Of a DNA stretch of 64,000 nt, positions 36,989-46,000 are shown in pieces; the first letter of the stretch is position 1; each line of letters starts with the position of its first letter. The translations under genes were made by a program, and so were the position numbers. The stretch covers positions 108,421-172,420 of the forward strand of contig CAYQKV010000002.1 of NCBI GenBank assembly GCA_964418255.1, read 5' to 3'. The DNA comes from an uncultured Christensenella sp. (lineage in GTDB: Bacteria; Bacillota; Clostridia; Christensenellales; DTU072). The notes beneath the pieces were generated by a model, which saw nothing but the letters and a program-made list of their open reading frames with translations, did no database searches and was not told the origin of the DNA.

Positions 36989-39496
36989 ATGATGAAGAAG
37001 AAAGGATTATTGTTTTTGCTGATTTGTATGACGCTTGCGTTCTGCGTGGCTCTGAGCGCGTGTTCGTTGGTGCAGGTCAACGAAGAGAGACAAGCCAACC
37101 GCGTTATGGCTACGGTTACCGTAGACCTCGCGAAAGAATACGGCGACGGCGTGAAAGTGCTCGGCAACGACTGGGATTATACCGTTTCGATGGATATTAC
37201 GCGAAGAGAACTGATTTCCACGGTAAACTACGCAATCAACTATTATTCGCAACTCTACGCGACGTACGGAATGACGTACAGTTACGATATAAAAACCCTT
37301 CTCGACTCCGCGTTGAAAACTCTTAAATCGCAAAAATACAATACCATATGCGCAATGGGAGAACTTCTTGCGGAATCGAAAAGCACGGGAAGGTTCGACG
37401 CGTTGTACTGCCGCACGGAAAAGTATGCGGAAATCTACGGCAAAACCCTCGTGCCCGAAGGCGTGCTCACCGTTGCGGAAAGATATTCCGCGATAAAAAC
37501 GATAAACGACCAGTTTACTTCGCAGCTCGAAACCTACCTCGGAGAGAGCAAGGACGAAGAAAGAGACAGAGAAAAGAGCGAAGCCAACGACAGCCTCGCC
37601 AAATACTATGCCGACGGATATTTCGTAGCGGGAGTTTCCGTTGCCAACAAAGGGGATAACGGAGAATACGCCGACGGACTGTACGCGAAAGAAGTGGTGG
37701 ACGACGGCGACGAAGACACCGCGGAACTCGACTACACGAAAGTGTATTCGAAAGTAAGACTTGTAAAGACGGGCGAAGAAGACGTTTACGTTTACGTTCC
37801 GATAGAGGAAGAAAATCTTACCGTGGCGGAAGACGAAGGCGCGGTCAACGCGAAATACCTCACGGCAAAGACGGCTACCGTCACTTATTCGGGCAGAGTT
37901 TACGCGGAAGTTACCGAGGATAACGACTCGGGTTACGACATAGAGAGCTTTACTTCGGAAGCGGAAAATTACACGCTTATAAGCGCGCGTTCCGTTCCTT
38001 CGGAAGAGGAAGAAGAGAGTTCCCTTCTCGACGCTCTCCGTTATATAACCAACGAAGTGTGGGCGGACGAAAGTTCGTATACCGAAGATATGACCGAGTT
38101 CAAAGCGGAAATTTTCAACCCCAATCCGGATAGTTTCGAAAGCAACGAAGAAAAGGACGCTTACAGACAGTTAAGAAACACTTTCAATACGAATAACATC
38201 GGTTACGTAGAGACCGACCCCGGCAAGGAAAACGTAAGCGATTACAGAAACTACAAGTTCTACAACGGTTTGCAGTATTACTACGATTCGCAATTCTCCA
38301 CCGTATTGCTCAACGCGAAGAACTACGAAATCGGCGCGAAGATAACCGAAGCTACGCCGGAGGAAATTGCCGCGGAATACAGCCTGCTCGTGCTTAAAGA
38401 CAAAGCGAACTACGAATATCTCACCGCGGAAGAGCAGGTTAAAAAGTTCTTCGATACGATAAAGGGTACGGACGCAGACGGACTCAGCAAAGTTTATTAC
38501 GTGCCGATTGACGCGCTGTGCTCGGTTTCTTACGAAATAGACCCGACGGAGAAAGCATACGCGCCTTTGTTTACGCTTGACGCGGCGGACAACGTAGTTT
38601 CCTATAATACGACTTACGTTGCCGAAGAAAACGGAAAATATACGATGAAATACGCGTATGACAACGGCGACGGAACGTACACAATCAATATGATTTTCGT
38701 TACGCACGTTCTTCTGAGTTTCGACAACGTGCCCGGGCTTGCCGACCAATACAAGGAAGCGGCGAAAGACTTTACCGACGAACAGAAGATGGTGTTCATT
38801 AAACTTTTCGCGGAAAAAATCAAGACCTGCCCGCAGCTGGAAAGTTATATTGCCAACTACGATAAGGACAAAGCCTATAAAGTAAGCGACGTCTTTGCGA
38901 CCGACGAAAACGGAAATCTCAAATATCAGACGTATGCGGAAGCGGAAAGCGCGATGAACGCGATTATCCAAGAAGCGTTCGCGACCGGCAGTTATCAAGA
39001 TTTACTCGACGCGTTTATCAGACTTACCGAGATTTACGACGACGACGGCGGAAAACTCACCGATTCGGGTTATCTCGTCAGCGCGGGAGAAATGGAAAAC
39101 GGCTGGTACGAAGATTTTACCGCGACCGCGCTCAATATCTATTTCGGATTGCTTAACGATGGATATAAACCCACGGGATACGAGCAAGCGGACGGAACGA
39201 ACGTCGAAGACAGAATAAAAGACGCTTATTCCGATTACGGCGTGCATAAAATGTTTATAAGTTTCGCGCCTCTTTACAACGTTAAGATTGACGTCAACGG
39301 CGCGATGGCTGTAGATACCGTGCTTAACCTCGACGGACTTACGAGATGGGACGAAATAGGCAAGAGCCTGGTCGAGAGCAAACGCACGAAGGCGTATTCC
39401 GACTGGACGGCGAAACTTACCGAAGAAAAGGCGGACGCGCATACGGTCGTCAACGAAAAGTATTACAACCGCGTGGTTAAAGAAGTAACCGACTAA
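36989..39496 (+). CDS. Large acidic lipoprotein with a degenerate C-terminal parvulin-like (PrsA/SurA-like) segment
   Basis: Start at ATG 36989 (MMKKKGLLFLLICMTLAFCVALSAC lipobox). The C-terminal DDGGKL..SGYL..GEM...W...F....YGVHKMFI resembles the parvulin PPIase pattern. Position after mfd matches PrsA-like genes in Firmicutes. Confidence 0.6.
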   Translation: MMKKKGLLFLLICMTLAFCVALSACSLVQVNEERQANRVMATVTVDLAKEYGDGVKVLGNDWDYTVSMDITRRELISTVNYAINYYSQLYATYGMTYSYDIKTLLDSALKTLKSQKYNTICAMGELLAESKSTGRFDALYCRTEKYAEIYGKTLVPEGVLTVAERYSAIKTINDQFTSQLETYLGESKDEERDREKSEANDSLAKYYADGYFVAGVSVANKGDNGEYADGLYAKEVVDDGDEDTAELDYTKVYSKVRLVKTGEEDVYVYVPIEEENLTVAEDEGAVNAKYLTAKTATVTYSGRVYAEVTEDNDSGYDIESFTSEAENYTLISARSVPSEEEEESSLLDALRYITNEVWADESSYTEDMTEFKAEIFNPNPDSFESNEEKDAYRQLRNTFNTNNIGYVETDPGKENVSDYRNYKFYNGLQYYYDSQFSTVLLNAKNYEIGAKITEATPEEIAAEYSLLVLKDKANYEYLTAEEQVKKFFDTIKGTDADGLSKVYYVPIDALCSVSYEIDPTEKAYAPLFTLDAADNVVSYNTTYVAEENGKYTMKYAYDNGDGTYTINMIFVTHVLLSFDNVPGLADQYKEAAKDFTDEQKMVFIKLFAEKIKTCPQLESYIANYDKDKAYKVSDVFATDENGNLKYQTYAEAESAMNAIIQEAFATGSYQDLLDAFIRLTEIYDDDGGKLTDSGYLVSAGEMENGWYEDFTATALNIYFGLLNDGYKPTGYEQADGTNVEDRIKDAYSDYGVHKMFISFAPLYNVKIDVNGAMAVDTVLNLDGLTRWDEIGKSLVESKRTKAYSDWTAKLTEEKADAHTVVNEKYYNRVVKEVTD

Positions 39497-39528
39497 CGGG
39501 CGGAAATAAACTAAAATATAAAGATGAG

Positions 39529-39564
39529 AAGAAGTTATCTTGTCGTTCAGGATAACTTCTTTTA
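39529..39564 (+). terminator. Rho-independent terminator
   Basis: Stem agaagttatc/gataacttct followed by tttt. Confidence 0.6.
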
Positions 39565-39582
39565 CTCGGACGGAGAAAAAAT

Positions 39583-40410
39583 ATGGCGGAATTCGATATA
39601 GAACTTGTCGGAAAAGTGGGAAGTATGGCGCTTATAAACCGCGACCACGACGATATGGATTATAATATCATCGCGAGAATAGGGCGGTATCTTCACCCGG
39701 GAGTTATATGGGTTACGAGCGGCGCGTCGGAAATCGGGCGGCTCGACTACATAAAACGCACGGGGAAGGAATTAGATGGCGACATAGAGGAGATAAAAGC
39801 CGACTACGCCGCGCAGGGGCAGTGCGTGCTTATGACGCAGTACAGGCAGTTTATCGACAGCAAATACAGTTTGCGGCAGATACTTGTCGAGCATCAGCAT
39901 TTCAACGACGCGGCGAAACGCGAGCATCTTAAAAGGTTGCTTTTAAGGAGTTGCGAGCAGGGCGCGGTTCCGATAATTAACTACAACGACCCGGTAAACG
40001 ACGAAGAAGTGCGAAAACTCGAAATACGTTCGCTCATTCTTGCGAGGGGCAACGCCGTCGAGTGCGTCGACAACGACGAAACGGCGAGCCAGATAGCCTG
40101 CCTCGTGAAACCGAGAACGTTGGTTATTCTCACGGGAGTGGACGGTATATATAAGGATAAGGACGACAAAGAAACCCTGATTAAGGAAATCTGCGGGAGC
40201 ACCGTTTACGAAACGGTGGAAGAAGTGGAACGGTATCGCACGTTTTGCGACGGAGCGAGCAGAAAAGGCGCGCACGGAGCGAGAGCGAAACTCGGTTACG
40301 TCAAAGAACCATTGAAAAACGGCACTACGGTGTTTATCGCCAACAGCAAATACAATATCGGCGATATAATTACGGGCAAAGCGCCGTCGACCAAAATTTA
40401 CACGAGATAG
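39583..40410 (+). CDS. Amino-acid kinase family protein (glutamate 5-kinase-like)
   Basis: KVGSMAL N-terminal strand, VTSGA, and VDNDETASQIA (compare the ProB GDNDxLSA motif). Confidence 0.6.
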   Translation: MAEFDIELVGKVGSMALINRDHDDMDYNIIARIGRYLHPGVIWVTSGASEIGRLDYIKRTGKELDGDIEEIKADYAAQGQCVLMTQYRQFIDSKYSLRQILVEHQHFNDAAKREHLKRLLLRSCEQGAVPIINYNDPVNDEEVRKLEIRSLILARGNAVECVDNDETASQIACLVKPRTLVILTGVDGIYKDKDDKETLIKEICGSTVYETVEEVERYRTFCDGASRKGAHGARAKLGYVKEPLKNGTTVFIANSKYNIGDIITGKAPSTKIYTR

Positions 40411-40474
40411 GGCTTTCAGCCTTTGTTAAGAATAGCCGATTAGAATTAAGAAAACGGCACAGGAGGGAGAATTT

Positions 40475-41569
40475 ATGAAAAAATTCGGTAAGATTTTAAT
40501 AGCGGTCTGCGCCGCCGTTCTCGTGATTTGTTCGGTATTTACGTTTACCGCGTGCAACGCTTCGTCCGATAAAGATGGCGCGTATTCCCCTGCGGAAGAC
40601 GGGAGTTCGAACGGTGGAGACGGGCTGAATTCGATAGTAATTACCGAAGACAGACTTGTGGTTTATACCGTCGATATGGATATGACCGTCGAAGACCTGA
40701 CAAAGACGGTTAAAACCGTCAGAGCAAAATTGAAAGAAGTCGGCGGTTGGGAAAAGAATATGTCGGTCGACGGTTACGACGACAGTCAATACGCAAGTTT
40801 CGTTTTGCGGGTGCCGACCGAAAAACTTGACGAATTTCTTAACGCGATAGAAGAGGGAAACAAAGTCGGTTCCAAAAGCATACGGGGAGTAGACGTCACC
40901 GAAGAATATACGGGTGTGGAATCGAAAAAGAGAGCGTTGGAAATCGAAAAAGAAATGCTTGAAAGAATTCTCGCGGAAGAGGAACCTGATTATTCTACGA
41001 AGAAGGAAATTTATACAAGGCTCAACGAAATCGCGGCGCAAATGGATGAATATACCGCGGAAATGACGGAGTATAAAAAACAGGTCGAATACAGTACGGT
41101 TAATCTGTCCATACATAAAAATAACAGCGGAGCGAAAGAGAGTTTCTGGGACAGACTGGGCAGAGTTTTGTCGGGAAGCGGTTCCAGTCTCGGTAGCGTG
41201 TTCGGATGGATACTTACGATAATAGTCGCAATCCTGCCGTATCTCGGAGTAATAGCGGCGATATTCGGACTGTACGTTCTCATTAAGTTCATCGTGTGCA
41301 AAATCCGCAAAGTTCCGTTCACGTTGTTTGCAAAGGCAAGAGAAAGAGCGAAAGCGAGAAAGGAAATGAAACGCCGTATGGCGGAAGCGTATGAAAAACG
41401 CGAACGCAAAAGAAACGGCAAAAAAGAGGAAAAAACCGAGGAAAAACCGAAAGAAATAGAAACTTTAATCGAAACCCGAGAAACCGCGCCCGAAACGAAA
41501 GAAAGCGCAGGCGAAGAAAAGAAAGGGGAAGATAAGCCAGAAGAAACGGATAAAAACGATAACGAATAA
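40475..41569 (+). CDS. DUF4349-domain lipoprotein with a C-terminal TM helix and a charged tail
   Basis: Lipobox FTFTA-C. Central region matches my memory of DUF4349 (..VDMDMTVEDL...FVLRVP.EKLDEFL...VTEEY..VES...LE.E). C-terminal TM plus a Lys/Glu-rich tail. Confidence 0.7.
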   Translation: MKKFGKILIAVCAAVLVICSVFTFTACNASSDKDGAYSPAEDGSSNGGDGLNSIVITEDRLVVYTVDMDMTVEDLTKTVKTVRAKLKEVGGWEKNMSVDGYDDSQYASFVLRVPTEKLDEFLNAIEEGNKVGSKSIRGVDVTEEYTGVESKKRALEIEKEMLERILAEEEPDYSTKKEIYTRLNEIAAQMDEYTAEMTEYKKQVEYSTVNLSIHKNNSGAKESFWDRLGRVLSGSGSSLGSVFGWILTIIVAILPYLGVIAAIFGLYVLIKFIVCKIRKVPFTLFAKARERAKARKEMKRRMAEAYEKRERKRNGKKEEKTEEKPKEIETLIETRETAPETKESAGEEKKGEDKPEETDKNDNE

Positions 41570-41575
41570 AGGTTA

Positions 41576-41605
41576 AAAACGTCCGCCTGATAGCGGACGT
41601 TTTTT
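41576..41605 (+). terminator. Rho-independent terminator
   Basis: aaaacgtccgc-ctgata-gcggacgtttttt. Confidence 0.85.
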
Positions 41606-41621
41606 GTAAAACGGAGGGAAT

Positions 41622-42614
41622 ATGCCCAAAAGCGAGCATCAGAAACTGAAAGCGTTGGTTTTACTCGACGTGTTACGGACGTATACCGACGAAGAACACC
41701 CTATGTCTACAAACGAGATAATAGCGAAACTCGCGGAACTCGGGATAGAGACGGGGAGAAAGGCGTTGTACGACGATATAGCCGCGCTTAATTCGTTCGG
41801 GTACGAGGTTATGACGGTCAAGTCGAGAAGCAATCTTTATTACGTCGCAGACAGGAGATTCGACCCCGCGGAGCTTCGTATACTGATGGACGCGGTTATT
41901 TCCGCGGATTTTATAACCGAAAAGAAAACCGCCGTGCTTACGAAAAAAATTGCGGAAACGGCGGGCGTGCACAGAGCGAAAATTATGACGAAAAACGTCG
42001 TTTATTCGGACACTTCGAAACATACGAATGAAAAAGTATACTACTCCGTAGACGCGGCGGACAGGGCGATTGCCTCGGGTAAAAAACTCGAATTTCGATA
42101 TTTCGACCTCGATTGCCACGGACAGAGACAGTACAGAAAAAACGGAGAAAAGTATATTGTCAACCCCGTTGCGCTGATTTTCAACGAGAACAAGTATTAT
42201 CTCACTTGCTATAACGACAAATATATGAATATTTCCAACTACCGTATAGACAGAATGGACGACGTGGCGGTTACTGAAGCGCCGATTACGCCATCGCACG
42301 ATATGGAAGAATTCAACGTAAACAGGCATAGAAAACAGGCGTTTTCTATGTATTGCGGAAAGACGGAAAAAGTGACTTTTGCCGTGGAAAGCGACGCGCT
42401 CGACGTTGTTTTCGACCGTTTCGGAGAGAAAACGCGCTTTTCTTACTACGGCGACAAATTTAAGTTCGGAGCGAACGTACAGATAAGCCCGACTTTTTAT
42501 GCCTGGTGCGCCTCATTGGGAACAAAACTCAAAATACTCTCGCCGACAGAGGTTGCGGAAGGGTATTCCGATTACCTTAAAAAAATAGTAGGCTTGTACG
42601 ACGAGAAACCATAA
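41622..42614 (+). CDS. HTH + WYL-domain transcriptional regulator
   Basis: N-terminal winged HTH (MSTNEIIAKLAELGIETGRKALYDDI), and a central WYL-type segment (KYYLTCYNDKYMNISNYRIDRM). Confidence 0.8.
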   Translation: MPKSEHQKLKALVLLDVLRTYTDEEHPMSTNEIIAKLAELGIETGRKALYDDIAALNSFGYEVMTVKSRSNLYYVADRRFDPAELRILMDAVISADFITEKKTAVLTKKIAETAGVHRAKIMTKNVVYSDTSKHTNEKVYYSVDAADRAIASGKKLEFRYFDLDCHGQRQYRKNGEKYIVNPVALIFNENKYYLTCYNDKYMNISNYRIDRMDDVAVTEAPITPSHDMEEFNVNRHRKQAFSMYCGKTEKVTFAVESDALDVVFDRFGEKTRFSYYGDKFKFGANVQISPTFYAWCASLGTKLKILSPTEVAEGYSDYLKKIVGLYDEKP

Positions 42615-42618
42615 ACCG

Positions 42619-42645
42619 AAAAACGCGAAAATATCGCGTTTTTTT
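42619..42645 (+). terminator. Rho-independent terminator
   Basis: aaaaacgcg-aaaatat-cgcgttttttt. Confidence 0.8.
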
Positions 42646-42700
42646 CGCCGAAACGAAGATATAAGTTACTTTTATTTTACGGGGCGACGGGAAAAAAGCG

Positions 42701-42729
42701 TTGACAGCGGTTGATGACGGAATTATAAT
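42701..42729 (+). promoter_or_regulatory. Sigma-70 promoter of the FMN riboswitch/ribU unit
   Basis: ttgaca (42701-42706), 17-nt spacer, tataat (42724-42729). Confidence 0.65.
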
Positions 42730-42744
42730 TTGAATAATAAATCA

Positions 42745-42925
42745 ATTCTTTGGGTGGGTAACCAACCGGCGGTAATGCCGCTTTGCGTCAAAAGCGAACG
42801 CGGACGAGTCCGACAGCCCCAGCAGCCGATGCGGTGAGATTCCGCAACCGCCTGTAAAGTCAGAATGGGAAAGAATGTCATATCACGGTGTATATGTTTG
42901 TGCGCGCGTTCGTACATTCTTTTTC
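42745..42925 (+). promoter_or_regulatory. FMN riboswitch (RFN element) with a terminator-like expression platform
   Basis: P1 is auucuuu (42745-51) / aaagaau (42870-76). Conserved RFN strings ACCGGCGGUA, GGUGAGAUUCC and CUGUAAAGUCAGAAUGGGAAAGAAUG (compare GACAGUAAAGUCUGGAUGGGAGAAG). gaatgt/acattc plus ttttt (42873-42924) overlaps the 3' strand of P1. Confidence 0.7.
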
Positions 42926-42956
42926 GGTAAGATTTTACCCCGAAGCGGAGGGTAAT

Positions 42957-43577
42957 ATGAAAAAAATGTCGAACAAAGCCATTCTCACTACAAAAGTCAT
43001 TGCGTACGCCGCAGTAAGCGCGGCGGCGGTAATGGTAGCCACGCTGCTCGGTTTTTCTTCCGCGCAGTTTTATTTTAACCTCGGGGATTCGGTTATTTTA
43101 ATCGTTTCCGCGATTTTCGGACCTGTTATCGGTATGTTTGCGGGCGGAATAGGGAGTTTCTTCGCGGATTTGGCGGTATATCCCGTCACAATGTTTTATA
43201 CGCTTATAATCAAAGGGCTGGAAGGACTTATAGTCGGCTTACTTATAAAACTCGTCAAAAAATTCGTAAAGAAAAAACCGCTTAATATAACCTTGTCGAT
43301 AGCTTCGATGGCGCTCGGCGCATACCTTATGATGACGGGCTATTTTATCTGCCAGACTTTCTTTTACGGAAGTTACGCTTCCGCGCTCGTCGCGCTTCCT
43401 ATGGACGCGGTGCAAGCTACCGTATCCCTTTTCGTCGCGTCAATCGCATTGTATCCGCTTAAACTCATAGATAAAAGCGACAAGGTCTTTTCCGTTAAAT
43501 CGCTTGACGAAAAGATTAAAAAAGAAAAAACCGCGAAAGAAAAATTTGATGAAACAGAAAACTCTGACAATAAATAA
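42957..43577 (+). CDS. ribU: ECF-transporter S component, riboflavin (RibU)-like
   Basis: About 6 TM helices, with an S-component-like GDSVILIVSAIFGPVIGMFAGGIGSFFADL segment. Preceded directly by the FMN riboswitch. The ATG at 42957 has a GGAGGG RBS. Confidence 0.65.
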   Translation: MKKMSNKAILTTKVIAYAAVSAAAVMVATLLGFSSAQFYFNLGDSVILIVSAIFGPVIGMFAGGIGSFFADLAVYPVTMFYTLIIKGLEGLIVGLLIKLVKKFVKKKPLNITLSIASMALGAYLMMTGYFICQTFFYGSYASALVALPMDAVQATVSLFVASIALYPLKLIDKSDKVFSVKSLDEKIKKEKTAKEKFDETENSDNK

Positions 43578-43596
43578 CCGTTACTTAAAATGTATT

Positions 43597-43914
43597 TTAG
43601 GGTAACGGTTTAACCGAGTACAGGTCATCAAAATAGATTTTGGAAGTTGTTGTTTGAATAAAGCCGACGTTGACGTCTATTGATTTTACCACGTATACGT
43701 CGGTGACGTAGTTGCCTCCGATATAGTGAGTTATTTCCGCGGAAGAACCTTTTTTGAGGGTACTAAGCGCGTCGGAAATTTCTTTTTGCTGAGTTTCCGA
43801 AAGCACGGCGCGTTCTACGCGAGTTCGCATACGTTCGCGACGAAGAAGTTCTTCGCGCAAGCCTTTAAGCGCGTCGAAAGGAAGAAACTGTTTAGCTCGG
43901 TCGGTTCTATTCAC
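43597..43914 (-). CDS. YolD-like protein
   Basis: RAKQFLPFDALKGLRE motif typical of YolD. Overlaps the stop of the upstream Y-family polymerase gene. Confidence 0.75.
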   Translation of the reverse strand: MNRTDRAKQFLPFDALKGLREELLRRERMRTRVERAVLSETQQKEISDALSTLKKGSSAEITHYIGGNYVTDVYVVKSIDVNVGFIQTTTSKIYFDDLYSVKPLP

Positions 43915-45169
43915 CGTTGTGTCCTCCGATTAAAGTATTGCGTTTTCTCGTCGTGGCTTCGTCTCTGAGGTCTATGCCGCGTAAAATTGAGTTTTTGCCG
44001 AATTTATCTTTGATGTCGAGGACGGCGGTTTCCGCGCTTTTTTCTTTGTTGATTTTATCCACGTCCGTTAGAAGCCCGTAGTTTTCGAATTCGTCGGACA
44101 CGACCGACCCGAAATCGACGCTAAGTCGCCGTATGGGCGCGTTTTTTCGCGTGGTTTTGCGGAAAAGTTCGGTAAAATACGGAAGCAGAACGGAAAACGA
44201 CGAAGTGTGCTCGCTTATTTTTGCAGACCCTCCCGTCGAGGGCAGTTCGTCGGACGAATATCCGACGTAAAACGCTATTCTGTCGGTAACCGCCTTTCTC
44301 CGCATAAGTTCCTGACAGCCGGAAAGCACCATTTCTTTCATAACGGTTTCCGCTTTGTTGTAGTCGTAGTCTTCGAAAAGTATCTGCGAAAAGGATACCG
44401 AAGTGTTTTTCCGTTTATATGCTTTTATGTCCGCCATCGTGCAGGACTCCCTGCCGTAGGCGTGGTCTATAAGCAGTTCCGCGTTTACCCCGAATTCTTC
44501 GTACAACGCCTGTTCGGGGTAGGCGGCGATGTCTTTCATCGTGTAAATTTTTCTCTTTCGCAGTCGTTGAGCCGTGCCGCGCGCGATTTGCCAGAAATCG
44601 GTTATCGGCGTGTGGTTCCATAAGGTTTTTTGATACAAATTTTCATCAAGATAACCTATTCCGTCGGGAGTTTTTTTTGCCGTTATGTCGAGGGCGACTT
44701 TGGCAAGGTAGAGATTCGTGCCGATACCTGCCGTGGCGGGGATATTTTTGCGGGTGCGGATTTCTTCTATCAGGCGTTCGGCAAAGGCGCGGGGTTTGGT
44801 TTTATAGACCGAGAGATAGCGGGTCGCGTCGAGGAAACATTCGTCGATGGAATAAACGTGAATGTCGTCGGGGGAGAAGAAATCGAGATAAATATCGTAA
44901 ATATCCGCGGCGTATTCGATGTATTTTTTCATACGGGGTTTGGCGATGATAAAGTCCGCGCCCGCGGGGATTTCGAAAAGGCGGCATCTGTTTTTTACGC
45001 CCATAGCTTTGAGCTTCGGAGAAACCGCAAGACAGAGCGCGCCGCGACCGCGCGTTTCGTCGGCGACGACAAGACAGGTTTTCATAGGGTCGAGCCCGCG
45101 TTCGGCGCATTCCACCGACGCGAAGAAAGATTTCATATCTATACAGAAGTAAATGCGGCTTTCGTCCAT
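43907..45169 (-). CDS. Y-family DNA polymerase (UmuC/UvrX/DinB-like)
   Basis: IYFCIDMKSFFASVECAER (catalytic D..SFFASVE), SIDECFLD, and the palm, finger and little-finger layout. The ATG at 45169 is preferred over the track start at 45223. Confidence 0.9.
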   Translation of the reverse strand: MDESRIYFCIDMKSFFASVECAERGLDPMKTCLVVADETRGRGALCLAVSPKLKAMGVKNRCRLFEIPAGADFIIAKPRMKKYIEYAADIYDIYLDFFSPDDIHVYSIDECFLDATRYLSVYKTKPRAFAERLIEEIRTRKNIPATAGIGTNLYLAKVALDITAKKTPDGIGYLDENLYQKTLWNHTPITDFWQIARGTAQRLRKRKIYTMKDIAAYPEQALYEEFGVNAELLIDHAYGRESCTMADIKAYKRKNTSVSFSQILFEDYDYNKAETVMKEMVLSGCQELMRRKAVTDRIAFYVGYSSDELPSTGGSAKISEHTSSFSVLLPYFTELFRKTTRKNAPIRRLSVDFGSVVSDEFENYGLLTDVDKINKEKSAETAVLDIKDKFGKNSILRGIDLRDEATTRKRNTLIGGHNGE

Positions 45170-45194
45170 ATAAGAATTATCCCCGATTATTGAA

Positions 45195-45223
45195 ATTATA
45201 CCCCACGGTTGAATTCGGGTCAA
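45195..45223 (-). promoter_or_regulatory. Candidate promoter of the Y-family polymerase/yolD operon
   Basis: Read on the minus strand: TTGACC, 17-nt spacer, TATAAT. Confidence 0.45.
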
Positions 45224-45291
45224 CAGGTAAAAGAGAGAAACGTTCGTTTGATGCTCGACATATAAATATATAAAAGGAGGTAACGGAAAAA

Positions 45292-45780
45292 ATGGAATGT
45301 TTATATAAATCGGATTTGCCGTATCCGGAAGTAGCGGCGGGGAAAAGTCCGTTCGAAGTCAGACTGCTGATGCCCGTATACGGCGGCAAAACAAGCGAAA
45401 CCACCGCAATTATGGGGTACATATTTCAAAGTTACGCGCTAGGGGATAAAGAACCGGAGATTTCCAAATGTCTGGAAAAAATCGCAATAAGCGAGATGCG
45501 TCATCACGATATGCTGGGAACGGCAATCGTAAGGCTCGGCGGCGTGCCGTATATAGGAGACAACCGCGGGTTCTGGCAAGGCGGGTTTGTCAATTATATG
45601 CTTAATCCCAAAGAGATGATTCAGTCGGACATCAACGGCGAAAAAGAAGCGATACGGGGCTACAGGGACGTCATACGACTGTCGAAGAACGACGAGATAA
45701 AAGCGCTTATAGAACGCATAATAATCGACGAGGAAATACATATAGAAACCCTCGAAAGCATATTGCGTTCGCTTTTATAA
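45292..45780 (+). CDS. Ferritin-like diiron-fold protein (CotJC/Mn-catalase-related)
   Basis: Paired metal-binding helices with E..H motifs (ISEMRHH, IIDEEIHIE). Confidence 0.6.
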   Translation: MECLYKSDLPYPEVAAGKSPFEVRLLMPVYGGKTSETTAIMGYIFQSYALGDKEPEISKCLEKIAISEMRHHDMLGTAIVRLGGVPYIGDNRGFWQGGFVNYMLNPKEMIQSDINGEKEAIRGYRDVIRLSKNDEIKALIERIIIDEEIHIETLESILRSLL

Positions 45781-45836
45781 AACATATCCGGAAGGGCGCG
45801 GGATAAAATTTTGCAAGAAGTAAATAGGTTAAGACG

Positions 45837-45871
45837 GCGGGCTGTTCGTTTAATGCGAACAGCCCGTTTTT
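45837..45871 (+). terminator. Rho-independent terminator
   Basis: gcgggctgttcg-tttaat-cgaacagcccg followed by ttttt. Confidence 0.85.
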
Positions 45872-46000
45872 CATACGGATTTTTATATTTTGACGTTTCC
45901 CTTCGAATTCCGTAGAAAGTATTTTATAAATCGCTATTGAAATAAACCGTGCAAAATGATAAAATCATAGGGAAAGCCATAAAGTGCAAGGAGAGAAAAG

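Noticed and set aside
45224-45291. LexA/Cheo box upstream of the Y-family polymerase operon
   Set aside because: Only a half-site-like cgaacgtttc is present, and it lies upstream of the -35. No GAAC-N4-GTTC was found.
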